Assembly (NCBI GenBank): GCA_027339965.1
Contig: DAHWNL010000037.1
Location: 1 to 33,263, forward strand
DNA: 33,263 nt
Direction: 5' to 3'
Source: Granulicella sp.
GTDB lineage: Bacteria > Acidobacteriota > Terriglobia > Terriglobales > Acidobacteriaceae
Both the position numbers and the translations under genes were made by a program. The notes beneath the pieces were generated by a model that saw only the letters and a list, made by a program, of their open reading frames with translations, was not told where the DNA came from and ran no database searches. Positions 8,577 through 16,456 of the stretch are shown here, piece by piece (positions within the stretch are counted from its first letter, which is position 1; the number at the start of each line of letters is the position of its first letter).

Positions 8577-9704
8577 CTTCGTCACCTTCTGCACGATGCC
8601 CTTCTCTCTCAACCCGAGCTCTGCCTTCGCGAAGTAATCTTCCACCGTTCCCTGCGTTCGGATCCACGCAATGTAGCGTCCGATGCCATCCTCAAGTGGC
8701 ACCTGAGGCTCGTACCCGATCGTCCGGATCCGTGAGATATCTGAGATGAGCGAGCGGATCTCCCCAGGACGAAATTCACCACGGGCGATAGGAGAGATTT
8801 TCAGTCCAAGCTGTCCGGCGATGATGACAGAAAGATCATGCACGCTGGTCGCTCGGCCGCTCCCGACATTGACCGGCATCCCATCAAGCTTGTCTGAAGT
8901 GGCGACGAGCAGATTCGCCCTGGCAATGTCTTCCACGAAGCACAGATCGCGCGTCTGGCCGCCGTCTTCATACATCACCGGCGGCTGCCCGTTGAGAAGC
9001 CGCGTGCAGAAGATCGCAATTACCCCCGTATAGGGATTGAAGAGTGACTGCCTGGGTCCGTAGGTGCATGAATAGCGCAAGGCCACGGTTGGTATCCCAG
9101 TCTGTTTCCCCCACAGCAGAACCAGCTTCTCCTGATCCACCTTGGTGAGAGCGTAGACCGTCTCGCCTCCGCCAGGAGTCTCCTCTGGGGTGGGAATGGA
9201 TCTGGTTGGGCGTCCGCATTGGGGGCAACGGACTTCAAAATCACCGCCGCGCAATTGCTCCGCAGACCGCAGCAGAGGCGCGACACGTCCATGCATCTCG
9301 CACTCTGCCGCGCCCTCACTGTAGACTGCCTGAGAACTGGCAACGACAACTTTTTGGATGGGTAACCTATGGTCCCGGATGATCTCGAGCATCTGCGCCG
9401 TGCTGAAGCTATTGACAAGAACATACTTCGCCATCTCCGGCATATAGCCGCCGTATGCCGCTTCATGGAAGACAACATCGACATCGGTGAGCGCAGACAG
9501 CATGGTATCGTAGTCCTGCACGTTGCCCTGGAGGAACTCTGCCCGAGGGTTGATCCACCCAGGCTTCCCATGCCTGTGCGTCTGCGCTTCAAGGTTGTCG
9601 AGAATGCGCACTTGCCATCCTTCCTTAACAAGAACATCCACGATGTGAGAGCCAATCAAGCCCGCCCCACCCGTGACTAACGCGCGCTTCAACGTGACTC
9701 CCAT
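8559..9704 (-). CDS. NAD-dependent NDP-sugar epimerase/dehydratase (extended SDR) with a Cys/His insert
   Basis: TGGAGLIG, ASS.AVY, YALTK (YxxxK), YGPRQ, RDLCFVEDIA, FRPGEIR. Overlaps the GT2 3' end convergently by 18 bp. Confidence 0.93.
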   Translation of the reverse strand: MGVTLKRALVTGGAGLIGSHIVDVLVKEGWQVRILDNLEAQTHRHGKPGWINPRAEFLQGNVQDYDTMLSALTDVDVVFHEAAYGGYMPEMAKYVLVNSFSTAQMLEIIRDHRLPIQKVVVASSQAVYSEGAAECEMHGRVAPLLRSAEQLRGGDFEVRCPQCGRPTRSIPTPEETPGGGETVYALTKVDQEKLVLLWGKQTGIPTVALRYSCTYGPRQSLFNPYTGVIAIFCTRLLNGQPPVMYEDGGQTRDLCFVEDIARANLLVATSDKLDGMPVNVGSGRATSVHDLSVIIAGQLGLKISPIARGEFRPGEIRSLISDISRIRTIGYEPQVPLEDGIGRYIAWIRTQGTVEDYFAKAELGLREKGIVQKVTKSTSLT

Positions 9705-9719
9705 GAGCCAATATTAGCA
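9705..9719 (-). promoter_or_regulatory. Extended -10 promoter implying a leaderless epimerase mRNA
   Basis: Minus strand reads TG-C-TAATAT-N6-ATG, with no Shine-Dalgarno. Confidence 0.55.
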
Positions 9720-10192
9720 AACGGATGCGAATGGCCATCATGCCCACCAGCGGCGCCCTTCCCATCGCACGGTTCAATTCCGTCAGCGCGAAGTCTCCTG
9801 GCAATCGAACCATCCCGGCATATTGGCCGCTGCAACGCCCTTTGAACATGGCTGCTTGCAGGCCCCGCTGACGCGAGCAGCGTTCGCGAAGCGACCGTTG
9901 GCCAAACGATTTGCCTTATCCTTGTTCGGGGCCTCACGTTCCTGCGCGGACAGATCATGCAACGGATCCAATACGTGCATTCAGAGTCACGCTTCGACGG
10001 CGACTCAACTGCACAGAATCCTATGGGAGAGACGTTTGAGAAGCAGCCCTTATGAACCTCTCTTTGCTAGCCTGGGCTCTCGTCATTAATACTCAACGAT
10101 TCGTTCAACATTTAGAACTATTCCTGGCCCTTGCGCGGTCCTACCCTACGGAACAGTAGTCTCGACGGAGACGAAGGGAAGAAGGAATTGCC

Positions 10193-11077
10193 ATGGTGCC
10201 CCCAATACCGCAAACAGACTTGGCACGGACCCGCTATCGCACGGCAACGGTCAAAGCCCGTAAAGTGTTTTATCGCAAATCCGGCGACCCAGGTGCTCCC
10301 ACGATTGTGCTTCTGCATGGACTTCCGACCAGCAGCCAAATGTTTCGCGAGCTGATTCCTGCGCTCGCCGACCGATTCCACCTGATCACTCCCGACTACA
10401 TCGGATTCGGCCATTCTGACGCCCCGCCGCGAGGTGAATTCGCATACACATTCGATAATCTTGCAGCTCATATGCGCGGCCTGTTCGACCAACTTGACCT
10501 CACGTCATACATCCTTTACATGCAGGACTACGGTGGTCCCGTAGGATTCCGCTTGTTCGCGGAGAGGCCAGACAAAGTGAAGGGGTTTATCATTCAAAAT
10601 GCTAACGCCTACATGGAGGGCATAGGCGAAATTCCCAAGAAGGTGCTGGCGCCGCCGTGGGAAACGCGCACGCCTGAAACAGAGAAGCCGGCGCGAGAGT
10701 TTGTAAGTCTGAAAAGCACGAAGTTCCACTGGTTGGTGGGCGCAAAAGATCCCGAGGCCATCAATCCTGACAATTGGGTTTTCGATCAAGCATTGCTTGA
10801 CCGGCCCGGTGTGCAGGACTGCCAGGTTGACCTGCTTGAAAACTACAAAACCAACATCTCGCTCTACCCTGAGTGGCAGGCCGCTTTTCGCATGCATCAG
10901 CCGAGAACGTTGATCGTGTGGGGCAAGAAAGATCCCTTCTTCGTGCCACCCGGAGCGGAGGCGTCTCTGCGTGATCTGACCGGAGCAACGCTGGTTTGGC
11001 TGGATGCAGCGCACTTTATGTTGGACGAGAACGTGCATCAGGTAGCAGAGCAGATTAAGGCTGTGTTCGGTCGCTAA
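10193..11077 (+). CDS. Alpha/beta fold hydrolase (epoxide hydrolase/dehalogenase-like, Asp nucleophile)
   Basis: LLHGLP, PDYIGFGHS, QDYGG nucleophile elbow, QNANAY, WGKKD, LDAAHF. AAGGA RBS. Confidence 0.92.
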   Translation: MVPPIPQTDLARTRYRTATVKARKVFYRKSGDPGAPTIVLLHGLPTSSQMFRELIPALADRFHLITPDYIGFGHSDAPPRGEFAYTFDNLAAHMRGLFDQLDLTSYILYMQDYGGPVGFRLFAERPDKVKGFIIQNANAYMEGIGEIPKKVLAPPWETRTPETEKPAREFVSLKSTKFHWLVGAKDPEAINPDNWVFDQALLDRPGVQDCQVDLLENYKTNISLYPEWQAAFRMHQPRTLIVWGKKDPFFVPPGAEASLRDLTGATLVWLDAAHFMLDENVHQVAEQIKAVFGR

Positions 11078-11078
11078 G

Positions 11079-11117
11079 CTCCTTCTCGTCTTGATTCCAC
11101 TTCGGGATGAGAAGGAG
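11079..11117 (+). promoter_or_regulatory. 16-bp RNA hairpin between hydrolase and SDR that buries most of an AAGGAGG Shine-Dalgarno
   Basis: CUCCUUCUCGUCUUGA (11079-11094) pairs fully with UCGGGAUGAGAAGGAG (11102-11117), including 3 G-U pairs, around a 7-nt loop. There is no U-tract. Confidence 0.55.
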
Positions 11118-11185
11118 GCGCGCTGCAAGATAACCCAGTCTCGTTCGTGCAGTATAGCAATGCATCGTTGGGGCGAATCGAACAT

Positions 11186-11965
11186 ATGCAACGTTTCAAA
11201 GACAAACGGGTACTTGTAACAGGTTCCGGGAGAGGAATCGGTGCAGGAATAGCACGCCGGTTTGCGCTAGAAGGTGCTCGCGTCTATCTCACTGCCCGGA
11301 GTCATGAGGAGCTCTCTTCTACTTGTGATGATCTGCGATCGCTATCCTCCCAGATTGAATTTGCCTCTCTCGACTTGACTGACCCTGATGCAGCGGCAAA
11401 GCTCACTTTCTATGTCCAGCAATCATTTGGCGGTCTTGACATTCTGGTCGCCAATGCGGGCGCTGCGCCTCAGGGAGGGTTTCTGGAATTGAAAGACGAG
11501 GACTGGGAGACCGGGTTCGGGCTGAAGCTCTTCGGAAACCTTCGAGTCATCAAGCGCGCATGGCCCATGCTTAAGGCCGCAAGGGGCCACTTGGTCATGA
11601 TCGGCGGAGGAACGGCACGAACGCCGGAGCGCCATCTCTCCTTGGTATCGGCTGTCAACGGCGGAATCGCGGCACTGTCCAAGTCGATTGCCGAGCAAGG
11701 ACTTCTCGAGTGTGTTCACGTCAACCTGGTCCAGCCAGGCACCATCCAGACCTCACGCCGCAGGAAGATGATGGAGAAACTAGCGGAGCAGGATGGTGTC
11801 GGATATGACCAGTATCTTCTTGACTCTACCCGGCGATTGAAGATCTCTCGCCTCGGCGAGCCAGGCGACGTCGCAGAGCTCGTCGCCTTTCTCGCAACGG
11901 ACGAAGCGAGATGGATTCATGGAGCCATCATTGATGTCGATGGTGGGCAAAACAAGAGTGTTTGA
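11186..11965 (+). CDS. SDR family oxidoreductase, atypical active site
   Basis: TGSGRGIG, LDILVANAG, VNLVQPG, RLGEPGDVA, VDGG. The YxxxK position reads VSAVN. The start could lie further upstream (in-frame GTG 11147 or CTG 11123). Confidence 0.9.
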   Translation: MQRFKDKRVLVTGSGRGIGAGIARRFALEGARVYLTARSHEELSSTCDDLRSLSSQIEFASLDLTDPDAAAKLTFYVQQSFGGLDILVANAGAAPQGGFLELKDEDWETGFGLKLFGNLRVIKRAWPMLKAARGHLVMIGGGTARTPERHLSLVSAVNGGIAALSKSIAEQGLLECVHVNLVQPGTIQTSRRRKMMEKLAEQDGVGYDQYLLDSTRRLKISRLGEPGDVAELVAFLATDEARWIHGAIIDVDGGQNKSV

Positions 11966-12223
11966 ACTCCTTCGAATCCGGAGCTTCTTACGTCCCGCTG
12001 CCACGTTGGTGACCACCGAGCCCTTCTCCGCAAGTGGGTGCAAAGGCAATTCTTATGGAAATCCGACCGAGTATGCCTATCAAGTTGGCAAAATGGAGGC
12101 TCCCGATCGCTAGCAAGCCTTGAAACGATCGGAGCGACCTCACAGTCGAGTCGGCCCGGAGGATGTTCTTTTGGACATGTGTGGCAGCGGCCATAAAAGC
12201 TCCACCTATGGAGGGCGTAAACG

Positions 12224-13945
12224 GTGAATGACCCGAAGGAAGAACTCACTGCAGCAGCCGATGCCGTGTCGTCTCAACCTCTCACTTCGCCGCAGGTGGA
12301 GGTTGAATTCCGCCGCAATATGGCCTTTCCCACGTTGAACGGGGCAATGCTTCAAAGGCTTTGCTCCTACGGTCAGCAGGAGAACGTCCCGAGCGGCACA
12401 GTTCTGTACACCTATGGTGATCGCGACACAGACATGTTTCTGATCCTGAGCGGGGGGATCGAGAGCCGGCTGCGTGTGAAAGGCGGGGGCTCGAAATGTT
12501 TCCGCATCTTGCGAGCAGGTGAATTTACTGGTGAATTGAACATCCTGAACACTCAGAGAACTGTAGCCTCAGCACAAACCATATCGGTGAGTCGCGTATC
12601 GAGAATCTCTCGAACCAATTTGCGGGCACTGATGCGTGCCGAGGGAGATATAGCCAATCTCATCGTATCGGCGTGTATATGGCGTCGTATTGGTATGATC
12701 GGCGATCCATCCATCGGAGTTGTGCTTCGCGGCCACGAGGGAAGCCCGGATCTCCTCAATCTACGCCGCTTTTTGGTTCGCAACTATTACCCACATTGTG
12801 TCGAGGCATTGCCAAGGTCCCATGAGCCAGGTGACAGTCCCAGCGGCATGGACATGCCGGAGGTCGAACTGCTGGACGGTCGTGTCCTGGTTCGGCCGGC
12901 TATCTGCGACCTCGCAGACGAGCTGGGCATCACCGAAGTCCCTGAGCCGCACACGATCTATGACGTCGCTGTCATCGGAGCAGGTCCCGCAGGTCTTGCC
13001 GCCGCGGTCTACGCGGCATCCGAAGGCTTGTTCACAGTTGTGATCGAAGGAAATGCGCCGGGCGGACAAGCCGGCACCAGCTCGAAAATTGAGAATTACC
13101 TGGGATTCCCGACGGGCGTCTCCGGGGCGCAACTGGCGAGCCGCGGCCATCTCCAGGCGCTCAAGTTCGGCGTTCGATTTGCAATCTCGCGCGAAGTTGT
13201 CAGCACTGCGCAGACGGATGGTCTGCATCGGCTTCTGCTTGGCGGTGGTCTGGCGGTTTGCGCACGCTCTGTCGTGGTTGCAAGCGGTGCGCGATATAGA
13301 CGGCTCAACGTAAAGAACCACGATGTCTTCGAAAACAACGGGCTCTACTATTCCGCCACCGCAATGGAGTCCGGACTCTGCCGCGATAGGGAGGTTATTG
13401 TTGTAGGAGGGGGAAACTCTGCGGGACAAGCCTCGATCTTCCTCTCGGGGATCGCCAAGCACGTGCACCACATCGTTCGCACCCCTTCTCTGGAAAAGTC
13501 TATGTCGCAATATTTAATCTCGCGAATCGAACGTTCTCCGTGCATCACTCTGTATACGGATTCGGAAATTGAGGAGCTCGAAGGCGACACGGCTCTCGAG
13601 TTTGTCGAGTGGAGGAACCGGAGGAGCGGCGACTCCGTGCGAAAAGCAATTTCCACCGTCTTCGTCATGATCGGCGCGGAGCCAAACTCTGGCTTCTTAT
13701 ACGGCGCTGTAAAGCTCGATAAGAAGGGATTTGTTCTCACCGGCGGTGAGTGGGGATTCGAAGCCACATCCTTTGCGACCAGCGTCCCCGGCATCTATGC
13801 GGTCGGCGATGTGAGAGCCGAATCGGTGAAACGCGTTGCGTCGGCAGTTGGCGAGGGGTCGGTTGTCCTATCGAACATTCATCGATATCTAGCTCACAGA
13901 CGATTCGACCTCGCAGAGCAGGCAAACTCCAAGGGATTCAGATAG
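12224..13945 (+). CDS. cNMP-binding-domain plus thioredoxin-reductase-like FAD/NAD(P)H oxidoreductase
   Basis: N-terminal cNMP-fold (LY..GD...MFLILSG...GEFTGEL). Also GAGPAGLAAA, GGQAGTSSKIENYLGFPTG, VGGGNSAGQA, GIYAVGDVR, KRVASAVGEG. GGAGG RBS before GTG. Confidence 0.92.
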   Translation: MNDPKEELTAAADAVSSQPLTSPQVEVEFRRNMAFPTLNGAMLQRLCSYGQQENVPSGTVLYTYGDRDTDMFLILSGGIESRLRVKGGGSKCFRILRAGEFTGELNILNTQRTVASAQTISVSRVSRISRTNLRALMRAEGDIANLIVSACIWRRIGMIGDPSIGVVLRGHEGSPDLLNLRRFLVRNYYPHCVEALPRSHEPGDSPSGMDMPEVELLDGRVLVRPAICDLADELGITEVPEPHTIYDVAVIGAGPAGLAAAVYAASEGLFTVVIEGNAPGGQAGTSSKIENYLGFPTGVSGAQLASRGHLQALKFGVRFAISREVVSTAQTDGLHRLLLGGGLAVCARSVVVASGARYRRLNVKNHDVFENNGLYYSATAMESGLCRDREVIVVGGGNSAGQASIFLSGIAKHVHHIVRTPSLEKSMSQYLISRIERSPCITLYTDSEIEELEGDTALEFVEWRNRRSGDSVRKAISTVFVMIGAEPNSGFLYGAVKLDKKGFVLTGGEWGFEATSFATSVPGIYAVGDVRAESVKRVASAVGEGSVVLSNIHRYLAHRRFDLAEQANSKGFR

Positions 13946-14521
13946 ATCATGCTTGCCAGTTTATGCGCCCCCTAAACTGTACTTCCCTGCATCACACACG
14001 CTGAAGAAAGGTTAGCCGTGCCATTAGGTCAAGAGAAATGTGCGGATGCACACCCGACGTTGTTCCATAACTCGCTTGCACAGACATCGATCATCGAATG
14101 AGAGATGGACATCTCAGCACATCGTCGTTCTTGGTGCTGTAGTGAGCCACGACTGATCCGGCATAACACCTGTCGCTCGGAAAGCCTTTTAGTCACAGCC
14201 TATGCGGGTCATCGCAGGCTCTTTCGTACCCGCAAGGTCTTGTTAATTGCCCGTAAGCCCCTTCCAGGCCGTTGCAACCTCCGCCCGCCTGTGGCGCTTT
14301 GAGAGTGCCGTAGGAGCGCAGCATTGTTGCTCTAACGTTTGCTCCTCGGCGAAAAGATGGCTGACGAAGATACCAGTATCGGGGTGCAATATGCTGCGCC
14401 ACGCGGAGAGTCAGTTCTGGATATCCGACGTCGAGCGGCAAGCGTTCGCAGCACGGCGGGCAGAAAGCCTTGGTCGTCATCATGACGGCGTCGCTACCTC
14501 TCGGCTAGAAGGAGTACCTCA

Positions 14522-15460
14522 TTGAGCCGCTTATCGAAGTACGTTCTGATCGCTAACCTATGTGCAGGCACGGCGCAAGCCGCTCCGCTCTCTTCGACTA
14601 ACGACACGACGACCTATCATCGCGTAGTGGTCGATGGAGTCGGCATTTTCTACCGGGAAGCCGGCCCCGAGAAGGCCCCAACCATCGTGCTCTTGCACGG
14701 CTTCCCGTCGTCGTCGCGTGAATTCGACACGCTCATGCCCCTGCTGGCGGCAAAGTATCACGTGATCGCTCCGGATTATCCCGGATTCGGCCTGAGCGAC
14801 GCGCCATCGCCTTCTGCGTACGTTTACTCGTTCGATCATCTTGCTCAGACAATGGGCGACTTTCTCGTGAAGCTGAAGATCACGCATTACACTCTGTATC
14901 TTCACGACTATGGCGCTCCGATCGGCTTTCGCATCATCATGGCGCAGCCCGAGCAACTACATGCGCTCATCATCCAGAATGGCAACATTTACTCGGCAGG
15001 TCTCGGAGCCAAATGGGCAAAGATCGCAGAATATTGGGCAAATCCAAAGGCGCATCCTGAGGTGCTGAGCGCTTTTCTGTCATTCGAGGCCACCAAGGAA
15101 CGGCATATCGCCGGCACATCCCATCCGGATCGTTACGACCCGGATACCTGGATCAGCGAGTATGCAGACTTGTCGAGGCCCGATCAGCGGCAGATCCAAG
15201 CCGACCTGCTCTTCGACTACCGAAACAACGTCGCGTCCTACCCAAAATGGCAGGCATGGCTTCGCGATCACCAGCCCCCGACCCTGGTGACCTGGGGCGC
15301 AAATGATCCTTCGTTCATCGCTCCGGGCGCGGTAGCCTTCAAGCGTGATCTTCCGGATGCAGAGATTCACTTGCTTGACGCTGGGCACTTCGCACTGGAC
15401 GAGAAGACTGACGAGATTGCCAGCCTGATCCTCCAGTTCATGGCCAAACATCCCGGATGA
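14522..15460 (+). CDS. Alpha/beta fold hydrolase with a predicted Sec signal peptide
   Basis: AAGGAG plus TTG start. MSRLSKYVLIANLCAGTAQA/A signal-like N-terminus. LLHGFP, PDYPGFG, HDYGA, QNGNIY, LDAGHF. Confidence 0.9.
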   Translation: MSRLSKYVLIANLCAGTAQAAPLSSTNDTTTYHRVVVDGVGIFYREAGPEKAPTIVLLHGFPSSSREFDTLMPLLAAKYHVIAPDYPGFGLSDAPSPSAYVYSFDHLAQTMGDFLVKLKITHYTLYLHDYGAPIGFRIIMAQPEQLHALIIQNGNIYSAGLGAKWAKIAEYWANPKAHPEVLSAFLSFEATKERHIAGTSHPDRYDPDTWISEYADLSRPDQRQIQADLLFDYRNNVASYPKWQAWLRDHQPPTLVTWGANDPSFIAPGAVAFKRDLPDAEIHLLDAGHFALDEKTDEIASLILQFMAKHPG

Positions 15461-16036
15461 GCCCCGGGGTCGAGTGGTTCGCATACGGTCTGGCGTCCGC
15501 GATAGCCTCCGCCAGGAAGGCAAAGCAACTGGTGGCGGAAGTCGTGCGTAGGGCCTTTGTGGCTGCAGCTCTTGCGTTGACGAATTCTTCCACACCTCCG
15601 CCTCAGATCACGCCGCGCCATGGACGAGCGAGTAGCGGAGCACGGACGTCTTTGTGCATTACCAGCGGTCATTAATTGATGCAGACCCCAGCCTCCTCGG
15701 CGGAGAGCGGCGTTTCGTATCATGTCAGATGTCTTCCATATACCAGATGCAAGGCTCCTCCACTTCCTCACACAGCACCTTATCCTCCCGCCACGGCTTC
15801 AGGTCGGCGCTCCGAAGCAGGATGAACCGTCGCCGCCAAAACCTGTGCAACCAGGTTGCGCTTAGCCGACTCCTCAGCGACGAGCCGATCCGTCCAACGC
15901 CCCCGGTCCGTCCTCCGCCGCTCGATAACTCGCCCACCCGCTTTCGCCCGGTTCGCAAAAGGTGAATCCGCAATCCGTTCTATTACCCCATGCTTCTGCT
16001 ATTTCGGTCTGCCTCCGCAATCGGCACATCCTTTTG

Positions 16037-16276
16037 TGGTCACCGGCCTAGTCGAAATGGAGTGACCGGTCCAGAGCGGTGGACGTGGGTTAAGCTGTGA
16101 GGTGAAGAGCAACACAGATCAGAGCCACAAGCGGAGAGGAGCCGGTCATGATCAAGAAGGTGCAATTTTGAGGATTGGATGTCCATGCCGAGACGGTCGC
16201 GGTCGCGGTAGCCGAGGCAGATGGAGAGTCGCGCGGCCTGGGGACGATTCCGAACCAGGCCGAGCCGGTGCGCAAG
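16037..16276 (+). mobile_element. IS110-family remnant: left non-coding end plus the first 43 codons of the DEDD transposase, with a nonsense codon
   Basis: GAGAGGAG RBS, then ATG 16148: MIKKVQF*GLDVHAETVAVAVAEADGESRGLGTIPNQAEPVRK. This contains the IS110 N-terminal GLDVH motif. Homology stops abruptly. The left boundary is approximate. Confidence 0.8.
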
Positions 16277-16377
16277 CACCGTGACCGGACTTCCGCCCGG
16301 GCCAAGTGGTCGGTTTCACGGAAGCAGCGGGCCGGAACGCAAGGGAAAAACAGCTCGCGCATCGCGGCGAGATGGTT

Positions 16378-16419
16378 CAAGAAAAAGGGCGCATCGGAAA
16401 CACTCCCGATGCGCCCTTT
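16378..16419 (-). terminator. Rho-independent terminator of glnA (possibly bidirectional)
   Basis: 14-bp perfect inverted repeat AAAGGGCGCATCGG (16384-16397) / CCGATGCGCCCTTT (16406-16419). On the minus strand the GC-rich stem runs into a TTTTTCTT tail. Confidence 0.88.
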
Positions 16420-16456
16420 GCCATGCCTGGTGGCAGGCCTAGTGTTGGGTCTGGCC

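Noticed and set aside
13946..14521. Short ORFs or ncRNA between the cNMP-TrxB gene and the secreted hydrolase
   Set aside because: No family motif, strong stem or repeat recognised
15457..16036. 72-aa ORF coupled by ATGA to the hydrolase stop, and other short ORFs
   Set aside because: The N-terminus is vaguely membrane-protein-like, but there is no sustained similarity or codon bias, so support is insufficient
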